64,000 bases of DNA, from IMG/VR virus record IMGVR_UViG_3300047322_000252, positions 32,001-96,000 of that record; one strand, written 5' to 3'. The stretch's first letter is position 1. Every line of letters begins with the position of its first letter. This document shows positions 19,412 through 29,656 of the stretch, one piece after another. A program made the position numbers and the translations under genes. The notes beneath the pieces were generated by a model that saw nothing but the letters and a program-made list of their open reading frames with translations, ran no database searches and was not told the origin of the DNA. This DNA comes from a virus.

Positions 19412-20250
19412 TGACCGACGTCTCCTCCGATTGGCTCCAGGGCCTGCCTATCGAGCAGCAGGTCCTGGAGGTGGGCAAGATCCAGAGCGCTGTTCACGGC
19501 GAAGAGCCGTTGATGAGCGAGGCTCCCGACACCAACGTCACCCTGTTCCGGGGTGTCTTCGTCGGGAAGGACTGGGACCAGAAGGCGGCGGTCAGGGAGT
19601 TGACCGGCTCCGACGAGGAGTACATCGCCCGCATGATGGGTGGCTCCAACCCGACGCTGTACCTCAACGCCGTGCTCACCTACGGCACCGAGGTGCTGGG
19701 TCCCCACGAGCTATCCGGCCTGACCGTGCCCGAGCGCATGGCCCTCATCGACAGCCTCCTGGTGGGCGAGAAGGAACTGCTGTTCCTGAACATCCTCCGG
19801 GTGACCTACGGCGACCAGCGCACGGTGCCGGTGAAGTGCCCCACCTGTGACGCCATCAACGATGTCTCCTTCTCGATCAAGGAGGACGTCCCCATCCGGA
19901 CCATGGACGATCCCTTCGCCATGGACTACGAGTTCACCTGCCGCAACGGGGACAACATCCGGTACCGCCTGGTGAACGGTGCTGACCAGGCGGCGTCCGC
20001 ACAGAACCCTCGGGCCACCCTGCCCGAGCAGAACACCGTCCTGCTCAGCCGTGTTATCAACACAGTCAACGGCAAGCCGCTGGTGGACCCCATGCACTAC
20101 TCCCGGGACCTCGGCGCTCTCGATCGGCGCAACCTGCTGGACGCCCTGCTGACCAAGCAGCCGGGGCCGTACTTCGAGGAGGTGAAGCTGCCCTGTGCGA
20201 CGTGTGGCGCCGAAAGTCTGTTCACGCCGACCTGGGCCGACCTTCTATAG
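19411..20250 (+). CDS. Tail/baseplate hub assembly chaperone (T4 gp26/gp51-like, CxxC)
   Basis: VRELTG.DEE, CPTC and CATC; between tube and tape measure. Confidence 0.75.
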   Translation: MTDVSSDWLQGLPIEQQVLEVGKIQSAVHGEEPLMSEAPDTNVTLFRGVFVGKDWDQKAAVRELTGSDEEYIARMMGGSNPTLYLNAVLTYGTEVLGPHELSGLTVPERMALIDSLLVGEKELLFLNILRVTYGDQRTVPVKCPTCDAINDVSFSIKEDVPIRTMDDPFAMDYEFTCRNGDNIRYRLVNGADQAASAQNPRATLPEQNTVLLSRVINTVNGKPLVDPMHYSRDLGALDRRNLLDALLTKQPGPYFEEVKLPCATCGAESLFTPTWADLL

Positions 20251-20263
20251 CCCCAACCTGGCG

Positions 20264-20398
20264 ATGTTGTACGTCCACTACGACGGGATCGCCAAGCACT
20301 ACCCGGGGTGGAACCTGACCGAGATCAAGCGGATGCCCGCCAGGGAGCGAGAGTTCTGGGTCGCTCTGATCAAGTGGAGGATTGACCGGAATGGCTGA
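20264..20398 (+). CDS. Small tail assembly chaperone partner
   Basis: GW.L.EI..MP.RER.FW motif; open in +1 frame across the upstream stop. Confidence 0.65.
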   Translation: MLYVHYDGIAKHYPGWNLTEIKRMPAREREFWVALIKWRIDRNG

Positions 20399-23003
20399 CG
20401 GCAGCGAGCCGTACGGAGGGGGGACATTCGACTTCAACTCCGGCCGTGGCGGCGGCGGTGGGGGTCGGTTCTCTCGTGCCCTCCGTGCCTTCGGTGGCGG
20501 CTCCGCTCAGGCCTCGTTGAAGTTCGACATCCCGGGCCTCCAGCAGTTCCGGCGTGAGATCGGTGACATCACAACAGGGCTGGGCAGGCTCCGTGAGGAG
20601 TTCAACCGGCTGTCCACAGCGCCCAAGAAGTTCGCTGACGAACTAGCTCGCATCAACCGTGAGTTGGTCGCCATGAAGACCAACCTGGGCAACGCCAAGG
20701 GGGCGGGCTTCGGCACCCCGGCCACCAGCCTCATGCCCGCCTCGTCGTCCGTCTCCACCATGTCCCCGATGGCCCAGACGCCCACCACGGGCGGCATGGC
20801 AGGCAGCTTCGTCCAGGGCTTCATGGGTGGCGGCGGTATGAAGGGTGGCCTCTCTGCGCTGAGCGGCGGTGGCGGTAGCCCGCTCGCTGCCATCACCAAC
20901 ATCATCGGCAGCGCCATCCAGCAGGGCACGCAGTTGGCCATGGGGCGCTTCACCGGCAACATGGCCACGACCGGCGCCTTCGACACCTCGGGCAGCATGA
21001 TCGCCCTGTCGAGTGGTGTGTCTTCCCGGAACCAGATGGGAGCGATCTCCCGCAACGCCCCCTTCTACGGGGATCTGCCCGGCATCGGCCAGACGTTGTT
21101 ACAACAAGCTCAGATCGGTAACGTTTACGGCGGCACCGGCCTGGCTGGTGCCCGAGGCCAGCAGGCAGCAGCGAACATCCAGGGCCTCCAGGCTCTCAAC
21201 CCCGGCATGTCAGCCCAGCAGGCCGGTGGGATGCTCACGGCTCAGTCCCGGAACGTGCAGGGCATCAACCAGGCCCGGATGGTCTTCGGCAATGCCCTCA
21301 CTCCCACTGGTCCAGGTGGAGCGCCGAGGGCGCAGAAGGACATCTTCAAGGCCCTGCTGGACTCCATCGTGCGCCAGGCCCACAACGGGGTGCCCTACAA
21401 CAAGGACCAGATCATCGCCCAGCGGATGCCTGGCTCGAATCTCTACTCCTGGTTGGCCCAGACCGGCTGGGCCGACGACATGATCCAGGTGTGGTTCGAC
21501 TGGGCCATCGGCCAGGCCACCTACGACGTCACCGGCAAGAAGACCTTCGATCCCGCCCGAGACATCAACCAGGTCCGGCCCGGGGGCAAGAGCCTCGCTA
21601 CGAGTATGCAGGAGACGGAGACGAGGAACGCCCAGAAGGAAGCCAATATGGGCAACGCCCAGTACCAGTCGTACATGGACTTCCAGAGCGCTGCCAGGGG
21701 CCTCATCACCGCCCTGGAGAAGCTGGATGACACCATGAACGGCGTCTACAAGGGCATCGGCAAGGCTGGCCCTTTGGCGGGCAACGCCGGTAACGCCCTC
21801 GGCGGGGCGGTGAAGGGCGCTGGCATCGGCGCCACCATCGGCACGCTCATCGAGCCAGGCGGCGGCACGGTCATCGGTGGAGCCATCGGAGGCCTCGTCG
21901 GCGGGGCGGCGGGCTTCTTCGGCATCGGTGATCCGGGCGACAACGGCACGTCCCAGATGAACCCGGACGTGCGCAAGCGGGTCAACACCATGATGGCGGC
22001 GAACCCGGCTCTGCGGGTCAACTCGGGCTATCGCACGAGTATGCAGCAGAAGCGGCTCTACGAGTCCGGGAACCCCAACGTGGCCCGCCCTGGCCGGGGT
22101 CAGCACACCAAGGGCAACGCTGCCGACATCGGCCCGGCCTCGCAGTACGGGTGGCTGGCCAAGAACGCCAAGCGCTTCGGCCTTGACACCGCTGGGCACC
22201 TGGGTGAGCCGTGGCACGTGCAGGTGGCGGGCACCCTGAGCGGAGTCGGAGACGCTGAGTCTTTCCAGCAGTGGTCAGCCGAGACATCAGCCCAGCACAA
22301 CGCTTTCCTGGTGGCCTCGGCGTCAGCAAAGCAGGGTGCAGGTGGCTCCAGTGCGGCTGCTGTCACAGCACCGTCCATGGCCGCTGCTGCCGGTGGCTCT
22401 CCGGATGCTGTGGGCCTCGACGTGGTGGGCAAGGCCCTGTACTCCGCAGGCTTCCGGGGTGACGACCTGGTCAACATGATGGCCATCCCCTCCCGGGAGT
22501 CCAGCTACGTCCCTGGTGCGCACAACCTGAACCCCAACACTGGAGACGACTCCTGGGGCCTGTGGCAGATCAACGTGGCCCCCGGCGCCAACGGGGCCAC
22601 CTTGAAGGCGGTCACCGGCTCTGACGACCCCAACCAGTTGACCGATCCCGCCACCGCCGCCCGAGTCGCTTTCGAGATGTACAAGCGCTCCGGTAACACG
22701 CTGCGGCCGTGGGGCGGGTACAAGGGCATGTCGAACACGTACAACGTGAGCGACGATGCCATCGGCGCCGCCCGTTCGATGGCTCAGAGCCTCTGGCCCA
22801 GTGGCTACGGCGATCCCTCGGGCGGCGCTAGTGGCAATGGCGGTTCCACCAGCGTGACGCACTCGCCGGTCGTCTTCAATGCCACCTTCAACATCTCGGC
22901 TTCGGGCGGTGGCGGCGGGGCCATGGACCTTGACGGCCTGGCCCGGCAACTAGCACCCAAGATCGAGTCCGTAGTCCGTCGAGCAGTAGGGGCCACACGA
23001 TGA
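20391..23003 (+). CDS. Tape measure protein with peptidase M15 and lytic transglycosylase domains
   Basis: SGYR...H..G.AAD...EPWH (M15); RESS...GLWQIN (lysozyme-like); G/A-rich body. Confidence 0.85.
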   Translation: MADGSEPYGGGTFDFNSGRGGGGGGRFSRALRAFGGGSAQASLKFDIPGLQQFRREIGDITTGLGRLREEFNRLSTAPKKFADELARINRELVAMKTNLGNAKGAGFGTPATSLMPASSSVSTMSPMAQTPTTGGMAGSFVQGFMGGGGMKGGLSALSGGGGSPLAAITNIIGSAIQQGTQLAMGRFTGNMATTGAFDTSGSMIALSSGVSSRNQMGAISRNAPFYGDLPGIGQTLLQQAQIGNVYGGTGLAGARGQQAAANIQGLQALNPGMSAQQAGGMLTAQSRNVQGINQARMVFGNALTPTGPGGAPRAQKDIFKALLDSIVRQAHNGVPYNKDQIIAQRMPGSNLYSWLAQTGWADDMIQVWFDWAIGQATYDVTGKKTFDPARDINQVRPGGKSLATSMQETETRNAQKEANMGNAQYQSYMDFQSAARGLITALEKLDDTMNGVYKGIGKAGPLAGNAGNALGGAVKGAGIGATIGTLIEPGGGTVIGGAIGGLVGGAAGFFGIGDPGDNGTSQMNPDVRKRVNTMMAANPALRVNSGYRTSMQQKRLYESGNPNVARPGRGQHTKGNAADIGPASQYGWLAKNAKRFGLDTAGHLGEPWHVQVAGTLSGVGDAESFQQWSAETSAQHNAFLVASASAKQGAGGSSAAAVTAPSMAAAAGGSPDAVGLDVVGKALYSAGFRGDDLVNMMAIPSRESSYVPGAHNLNPNTGDDSWGLWQINVAPGANGATLKAVTGSDDPNQLTDPATAARVAFEMYKRSGNTLRPWGGYKGMSNTYNVSDDAIGAARSMAQSLWPSGYGDPSGGASGNGGSTSVTHSPVVFNATFNISASGGGGGAMDLDGLARQLAPKIESVVRRAVGATR

Positions 23004-24694
23004 GCGTTGATTCCGACATCGGTTCGGGGAGTGATCGCAGCCCGAGCTACAACATCGGAGGGGCACCGCCCTACGGCTGGACGGGTACCCCGGGCTACAA
23101 CCCCTTCCAGGCTCCCAGTGAGAAGGAGACGTTCGGGGAGGTGGCGCTCTACGAGCGCATGGACTGGACAGGTGGTGTCACTGCCGACGCAGCCCAGAAG
23201 GAGTTGCAGAACCCGCCCTTCATCGGCGTGGGGAGCACCAGCGCCCGGGTTCCGGGGCACATGGCCAACAGCAGCAACCCGGCCATCCCGCACCGCATCC
23301 TGCGGGGCTACATGCGCCGCTTCGACACCAACCCGGCGAGTACTGACAACGCCTCGGACCCGTCGAAGAGCTACAAGGCCCGGCTCTTCTTCATGTGGAA
23401 CCCCCAGTTCATCGAGCGCACGTACGCAGCGCTGGAGGACATCCAGCAGTTCCTCAACCTCACCAACCAGGCCAACGGGCCGGTGAACAATGAGGACACG
23501 CAGCCGTACTTGAAGACGGAGGTGGGCTTCTCTCTGGTCTTCGACCGGCAGGAGGAGGTGAACCGCTTCCCGAACCACCCTGGCTGTCTGGTGGACCTGG
23601 CGGTGTTCGACCTGCTGTCGAGAGGTGGCTCCCCAGCCGGACAGATGACCAAGGAGGCGTTGAAGGCGCTGGACGACGCTGGTGGGACGGTGGCGGGAGG
23701 CCCGTCCAGCAAGAGCCTGATCTTCAACCCCGGCATCAAGATCGCCGTCATCTTCTCGCCCTACATCGTCTACTTCGGCAACATCATCGACGTGCGGGCC
23801 ACCTTCGAGAAGTTCTCGCACCGCATGACGCCTACTCGTATGACGCTGGACTTGAAGATGCGGCTCTACGCCTTCGGCAGCCTGAACCAGTTGAAGGCCT
23901 CGGACCAGGCAGCGGTGTCCTCTTCAGCTTCAGCAGCGGCATACCAGGCGGGGCCTCTGGGAGCAGTGGACCCCACGACGGTGACGGCCAAGAGCCAGGA
24001 CGAGAAGGACCGGCTCAACATCCAGGGGGCCAGGGACGCCATGTCCTGGGGTGAGCACTGGATCGGCAAGGTCAACTACGAGGCCGGGGCGACCCGGTGT
24101 GCGAACGCTGGAGCGGACAGCTACGACAAGCCGGACTCCAACATCCCGCTGGCCTTCGACTGCTCCAGCTTCGTGGCCCGGTGTTTCTGCGTGATCGGGT
24201 GGGGTCCCACACTGGGCATCGACCCTTGTTCTGACACCAACGGGTTCGAGACAGCGATCAAGAACAACCCCAGCGCCTGGTACGTGTACTGGTTCAGCAA
24301 CGAGATGATGCGTGCTCAGAACAACGGAAGCTCCACCAGCGCTGTGTTCACCGTGCTGACCAGTCAGATCCGGCCCGGGGACTGCATCCTGCGCTCCGGT
24401 ACCGGCCCCAACGGACACATCGCTTTCATCCATGCGGTCATCGAGGCAGGTAAGACCTACGAGATCTTGCATACCAACACCTCGAAGCCGCCCAACAACA
24501 AGGTCCACCTGGACACCTACACCCTGGACCACATCGTCAACGGCGACGGCAACAGCATGAAGCCGTACACGCACCTCATCCGGGCGCAGCCCATCCCGCT
24601 GGTGAAGCCAGCCGAGCAGAAGGCTGCCCCGAGCAACCCGGCGCCGCAGATGGTGATGGCCCGGTCCACGATCTCTCTGGCTGGGCGGTTCTGA
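23000..24694 (+). CDS. Baseplate/tube initiator-like protein fused to NlpC/P60 domain
   Basis: F.WNP...FDR N-terminal; FDCSSFV...GH...H catalytic pattern. Confidence 0.7.
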   Translation: MSVDSDIGSGSDRSPSYNIGGAPPYGWTGTPGYNPFQAPSEKETFGEVALYERMDWTGGVTADAAQKELQNPPFIGVGSTSARVPGHMANSSNPAIPHRILRGYMRRFDTNPASTDNASDPSKSYKARLFFMWNPQFIERTYAALEDIQQFLNLTNQANGPVNNEDTQPYLKTEVGFSLVFDRQEEVNRFPNHPGCLVDLAVFDLLSRGGSPAGQMTKEALKALDDAGGTVAGGPSSKSLIFNPGIKIAVIFSPYIVYFGNIIDVRATFEKFSHRMTPTRMTLDLKMRLYAFGSLNQLKASDQAAVSSSASAAAYQAGPLGAVDPTTVTAKSQDEKDRLNIQGARDAMSWGEHWIGKVNYEAGATRCANAGADSYDKPDSNIPLAFDCSSFVARCFCVIGWGPTLGIDPCSDTNGFETAIKNNPSAWYVYWFSNEMMRAQNNGSSTSAVFTVLTSQIRPGDCILRSGTGPNGHIAFIHAVIEAGKTYEILHTNTSKPPNNKVHLDTYTLDHIVNGDGNSMKPYTHLIRAQPIPLVKPAEQKAAPSNPAPQMVMARSTISLAGRF

Positions 24695-24978
24695 TGATCA
24701 CCGCTGCCTCCCGCTACACCCAGGGCGAGGCCTTGTGGGTCACCACCAAGGACCCTGACGTGGGCCGGGGCAACAAGCTCACGGTGTTCCTCAACACCGT
24801 CACCTACCTCACCAGCCCCTACTCCGTGGCGCTGGTGAAGGAGACGGACGACATGAGCCTGTTCGCTTTCACCGCCTACGCCGACCCTCGGCGGTGGTGG
24901 GTGATCGCTGATGCCAACCCGCAGGTGTTCCACCCTTGGGACGCCCGCCCTGGCCAGTCCGTGCGGGTGCCGTCGTGA
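24694..24978 (+). CDS. LysM/tail-X-like baseplate protein
   Basis: Y.DP.RWW.IADANP...PG..VRVP. Confidence 0.8.
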   Translation: MITAASRYTQGEALWVTTKDPDVGRGNKLTVFLNTVTYLTSPYSVALVKETDDMSLFAFTAYADPRRWWVIADANPQVFHPWDARPGQSVRVPS

Positions 24979-26192
24979 CTACCTCCCCCTCGCTGGTCCA
25001 GCCTGCTCGCAGCCCGACCACCGTCATCGGGGACATCCGGGTGAACGAGCGTTCCATCCTGGTCACTCCCACGCACGGCACGCTCACCCGCAAGGAGGAT
25101 GAGCACGACACCGCCAGCATCTTCGTGGTCACCGGCACTCGTGCCACGGACTTCGATCAGCTACCGAACCAGCGCATCGAGTTCGCCTACGGCACTCCCG
25201 GCAACAAGAGCACCTTCCAGGGTTATGTCAACAGCGTGATGCCGCAGAAGCGGTTGGTGGGTAACCAGACTGTCACCGTGCAGGAGATCTTCTGCTACGG
25301 GGCCTCGATGGTGTTGAAGGGCAACGTCCCCCGCTTCTTCACGTCATTGACATTGACGCAGATGATGCAGCGCATCGTGAGCGAGGCCAACCTGGGCTTC
25401 TCCGACGAGTTCCGCAACGACACGATGGTGTGGCGCTCTCTGGCCCAGACCTCGGAGTCGGACTGGGAGATGTTGCTGGCCATGGCGAACCGCCTGGCTG
25501 CTCGCATCCTCTACGACCAGGGTGTCGTGCGCCTCATCGACTACCGGGACATCGCCTACCGCATGCTCCCGGTGCGCAAGCTCCTGAGCGGGAGCATGGA
25601 CCCGGACTTCTCGGCCTCCGAGACGGGCAACTTCGGGTCGGGCGCCGTGGTCGAGTACGTGCCCATCAGCGTCGGTGTCCAGGACCCGGCCTACCGCACG
25701 CCCACCACCGCCTACCTGGCCGGGAAGTCGGCCGTGGTGCTGACCCCGCCGCTGGCCAGGCTCACGGCTCAGCCCTCGGTCATGAAGAACACCTGGGGGT
25801 CGGCACTGGTGGGCCGCTTCGCCACCGACATGCCTGCGTCATCACAACAAGAGGCCGAGATCATCCAGCAGGGCTTCTACAACCCACCGTGGCCCCAGCA
25901 GGCCGAGGTTCGCATCGAGGGGGACGCCACCGCCTCTCCTGGCACCGTGGTGCAGATCTCCTCGAAGCGGGGGCAAACCATGTCCCCGACCTACGACGGT
26001 CTGTGGTACGTCAGTGGGGTGCAGCACGACATCGGCCTCAACAAGCGCTTCTACACCGTGCTGACCGTGGGTCGGCAGGCTGAGCGGGGCATGAACTGGT
26101 ATCAGTACCGGCCGTTCTGGCTGAGTGACAAGCGTGGCCCGCCCACTCTGCGCTCGTCGGGCGCTGGACAGTGGATCTCGAACTGGAGGTGA
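24975..26192 (+). CDS. Baseplate hub protein (gpD-like)
   Basis: Q..ESDW.L..A, GD...PG..V, G.WYV..V.H. Confidence 0.8.
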   Translation: MTTSPSLVQPARSPTTVIGDIRVNERSILVTPTHGTLTRKEDEHDTASIFVVTGTRATDFDQLPNQRIEFAYGTPGNKSTFQGYVNSVMPQKRLVGNQTVTVQEIFCYGASMVLKGNVPRFFTSLTLTQMMQRIVSEANLGFSDEFRNDTMVWRSLAQTSESDWEMLLAMANRLAARILYDQGVVRLIDYRDIAYRMLPVRKLLSGSMDPDFSASETGNFGSGAVVEYVPISVGVQDPAYRTPTTAYLAGKSAVVLTPPLARLTAQPSVMKNTWGSALVGRFATDMPASSQQEAEIIQQGFYNPPWPQQAEVRIEGDATASPGTVVQISSKRGQTMSPTYDGLWYVSGVQHDIGLNKRFYTVLTVGRQAERGMNWYQYRPFWLSDKRGPPTLRSSGAGQWISNWR

Positions 26193-26193
26193 C

Positions 26194-26586
26194 ATGCAGG
26201 CGCTCAGATTCCCCTTCCAGATCGACATCTACGGGCACGTCTCTGTTGTAACAACGTACCCGGAGGTCATCCGTGGGCAGTTGATCGACGTGCTGATGAC
26301 CAACGAGAACGAGCGGGTCATGCACCCCACCTACGGCGCCAACATGGAAGCGGCCCTCTTCGATCCCACTGACGTGTTGGTGCAGGCTGATGCAGCCCAG
26401 CAAGTGTCTGAGCGGATCACCACCTTCGCTCCCCGGGTGAACCTGCGGGACGTCAGGTTCTCTGCGGACCCTCTCCAGCCAGGCAGGCTCTTCGTGGACG
26501 TCAGTTACTCGGCCGGGGCCTTCGATGAGGCTCGCTCTCTGCGCATCCCGGTCGCCAACTTCCTGAGCGAGGAGTCCTCGGTATGA
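26194..26586 (+). CDS. Baseplate wedge protein (gp25/GPW)
   Basis: L.T...ERVM.P.YG, PRV. Confidence 0.88.
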   Translation: MQALRFPFQIDIYGHVSVVTTYPEVIRGQLIDVLMTNENERVMHPTYGANMEAALFDPTDVLVQADAAQQVSERITTFAPRVNLRDVRFSADPLQPGRLFVDVSYSAGAFDEARSLRIPVANFLSEESSV

Positions 26587-28076
26587 CCGCACCCATCGAG
26601 ATGGACTACACGAACAGGGACTACGACTCTCTCGTCTCCTTCCTGGTGAGCGCCGCCCGGGGGTTCATGCCCGAGTGGGTCACCGTGGGCGAGACAACCG
26701 ACTTCGGAACTTTGTTGTTAGAACTGTTTGCTTACGTCGGAGACGTGACCAACTACTACATCGACCGGGTCGCTGCCGAGCCGTTCCTGGCCACTGCCCA
26801 GCGTCGTCAGAGCGTCCTCGGCATAGCCGACATGCTGGGGTACACCCCCATCGCCCAGCAGGCTGCCTCGGGCATCGTCACCTTCACCCTGGACGACACC
26901 GCCTACCTGAACAGCACCACCACCATCCCGTCAGGGACCGTGGTGCAGACGGGCCAGAGCGAGGGCCAGGGGGCCGTCTTCTTCGAGACGACCACCAACG
27001 CCTACCTGGGCCAGTCGGTGCGCACCGCTGACATCGGTGTGAACGAGGGCCGCACCATCGCCACCGAGTACGTGGCGATCTCCAACGGCGCCCCCATGCA
27101 GGAGTACGTGCTGATGAACGCCGGGGTGATCCACCGCAGCACCCGGCTTTACGTGCAGGAGACGGACACCTCCGTCATCGAGTGGAGCTACGTGGACAAC
27201 CTGGTGGTGGCCGACCCCGACGCCTCGGTGTGGACCACCTACCTGGACGACCAGCAGTTCCTGCACATCGTCTTCGGAGACAACGTGGCCGGGCGCATCC
27301 CGCCCAACGGCGCTCAGGTCACCTGCTCCTACCGCTACGGCGCCGGGGCACGAGGCAACGTGGCCGGGGGCACCATCACCCAGATCACACCACCGATCGC
27401 TGGCGTGAGCGTGGTCAACGCCGCCGACAGCCCCTGCAACGGCGGCGCTGACAACGAGTCGATCGACCAGATGCGCTACTCGATCCCCCGAGCGGCCAAG
27501 CTCCGGGACCGGGCCATCACCCTCCAGGACTTCGCAGACCTGGCCCACCAGGTACCCGGTGTGGCAAAGGCCACAGCAACGGGCCAGTTCTACACGAACA
27601 TCAAGGTGTACATCGCCCCGGTGGGCGGGGGCTACCCCTCGGTTGACCTGCGGGCAGCGGTGGACACCTACCTCACCGAGCGGGCCTTGGTGGGCACCGC
27701 TGTCGATGTCCACCCGCTGAGCACTTCCGAGCAGTTGTATCAACAGATCCACCTGGCGCTCGACGTCCACGTCCGCAAGGAGTTCGGCCAGTTGACCGTG
27801 GCCAATGGCGTGCGGGACGCCATGACCGCCCTCTTCGCCTTCGACTCCTCGGACTTCGGCAAGTTCTACTCCCAGGGCGACGTGTACCACGCTGCGCTGG
27901 CCGTCACCGGGGTGGACTACATCGTCTTGAAGGCCATGCAGTTCTACGCCGCCGACAACAGCACCCTTGTGGCTCCCGCCATCGGTGACCTCACGGCCAG
28001 CCCGATCCTCATCCCGCTGCTCGACACCACCGACACGATCAAGTTCGTGCTCACCCCCATCGGGGGCCTGACGTGA
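26583..28076 (+). CDS. Baseplate J/gp6-like protein
   Basis: DYT.RDY, A..LGY.P, GGAD.ES, RAITLQDF. Confidence 0.9.
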   Translation: MTAPIEMDYTNRDYDSLVSFLVSAARGFMPEWVTVGETTDFGTLLLELFAYVGDVTNYYIDRVAAEPFLATAQRRQSVLGIADMLGYTPIAQQAASGIVTFTLDDTAYLNSTTTIPSGTVVQTGQSEGQGAVFFETTTNAYLGQSVRTADIGVNEGRTIATEYVAISNGAPMQEYVLMNAGVIHRSTRLYVQETDTSVIEWSYVDNLVVADPDASVWTTYLDDQQFLHIVFGDNVAGRIPPNGAQVTCSYRYGAGARGNVAGGTITQITPPIAGVSVVNAADSPCNGGADNESIDQMRYSIPRAAKLRDRAITLQDFADLAHQVPGVAKATATGQFYTNIKVYIAPVGGGYPSVDLRAAVDTYLTERALVGTAVDVHPLSTSEQLYQQIHLALDVHVRKEFGQLTVANGVRDAMTALFAFDSSDFGKFYSQGDVYHAALAVTGVDYIVLKAMQFYAADNSTLVAPAIGDLTASPILIPLLDTTDTIKFVLTPIGGLT

Positions 28077-29656
28077 CGGACTTCCGCCCCTTCACCATCC
28101 GGCGCACCATCGGCGGCGACGTCGTCCGCTCGACCGCTGGATGGCACGGAGCGCTGCGGTACGGCCCCGTCCAGGTCCCGTTCGACATCGTGGACGGGAC
28201 CACTCTCGACGGCATGCCCATCGGGTATGACACTGGCCTCGTCACGGTGCGGATTCCCCCCACCGTGCCGTGGGTTGAGGCGGTACTGGTGCGGGGTGCC
28301 TTCGGGCCTCCCACCACACCGCTGGACGGGGTGCCGGTCTGGTACGAGGAGGGCCACGATCCTCACGACCCGGACCAGTTCAGCCAGATGGTCATGGACA
28401 CGCCGCTCACCGGGGGCTACTGGTATTACTACACGCTCTTCCTGTACTTCGGCTCGCCCCCCACCTGGCTGGCTGCGGCCACCGTGGCGCTGCTGGTGCC
28501 CCGCAACTACGGCACCGCCGAGAAGCTGTTCAGCCTGATCCCGCAGTTCTACCAGTCCACCGACGATCAGCAGGCGGCTGACGGGCGCAACGGACCGCTG
28601 CGGAAGTTCACGGCCATCCTGGGTTATGACAACGACTACGAGCGCACGCTCCTCGACGGCGTGCTCAACGTCTACGACCCGGACCGGGCGCCCTTGAAGT
28701 TCGTCCAGCTACTGGGCACCAACCTGGGCCTTCCCATCGAGCAGGCCCTCGGCGGCGCTCGCTACCGCACCCTGGTGGGTGGCCTCACCCAGCTAGAGGA
28801 CCTGCGGGGTACCTCCATCGGCCTGGAGGCGTTCATCTACGCCGCCAGCAACTACCGCTGTGATGTGACAACGGGAGGAAACTCCCTGCTCACGCCGGAC
28901 GACGCCGAGTTCGTGAATGGAGTGGGGCACTGGCAGAAGTTCCTCAACTCTGCTATCACAACATTCCAGAACGCCATCTCCCACGCCACGCCTGCGGTGC
29001 CTGGGGACCAGTGGGCCAACCTGGTCCTGCGCAAGTACACCGGCAACGCCAGCCCGCCCATCCCTCCGGTGCCCAGCGCCGGGCAGGGGATCATGGAGAT
29101 CATCGATCTGGCGACCACGCACCTCTACACCGACTTCGTCATCGTCTGTGGCCTCAGCCCGACCGGATCTACTGGGGGCCTGCCGGACGCCATCCAGTTC
29201 GGCATCCCGGTGCGAGGCGGGGAACTGTGGGAGTTCAGCTTCAACATGGTCAAGCCCACCGCTGGCCCGACTGCTCAGGTGGTCGCCTCGTGGGTCGCCT
29301 ACGACACCAACGGCGTCTTGAAGGGCGTCTACCAGGACGCCACAACCTACGCCCCCAACGGCTACCTGTCCGACACCGGGGCCTGGACCAAGTACCGGAT
29401 GCAGCACATCATCGCCTCGGGCGGCGACGGCCTCGTCACCGACCCAGCGGGCGGCATCTGCGGCTACATCATCCCCTGCATCTGGTGGCATGCACCGACA
29501 GCCATGACTGCCCGGTACATCATGGGGGCCATGCTGACCAGCATCAAGGGCGTGGGTGGGGCCATCGTGCCGCTGCCGCCTGACGTGTACCTGACCCTCG
29601 GGTCCACCAAGCTGCTCAATAGCCCACAATCGATACTGGGGCCAGATCCGGCATGA
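28073..29656 (+). CDS. Baseplate wedge/tail protein (P2 I-like)
   Basis: LIP.FY, D...P..F...L, RGT..GL. Confidence 0.7.
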   Translation: MTDFRPFTIRRTIGGDVVRSTAGWHGALRYGPVQVPFDIVDGTTLDGMPIGYDTGLVTVRIPPTVPWVEAVLVRGAFGPPTTPLDGVPVWYEEGHDPHDPDQFSQMVMDTPLTGGYWYYYTLFLYFGSPPTWLAAATVALLVPRNYGTAEKLFSLIPQFYQSTDDQQAADGRNGPLRKFTAILGYDNDYERTLLDGVLNVYDPDRAPLKFVQLLGTNLGLPIEQALGGARYRTLVGGLTQLEDLRGTSIGLEAFIYAASNYRCDVTTGGNSLLTPDDAEFVNGVGHWQKFLNSAITTFQNAISHATPAVPGDQWANLVLRKYTGNASPPIPPVPSAGQGIMEIIDLATTHLYTDFVIVCGLSPTGSTGGLPDAIQFGIPVRGGELWEFSFNMVKPTAGPTAQVVASWVAYDTNGVLKGVYQDATTYAPNGYLSDTGAWTKYRMQHIIASGGDGLVTDPAGGICGYIIPCIWWHAPTAMTARYIMGAMLTSIKGVGGAIVPLPPDVYLTLGSTKLLNSPQSILGPDPA

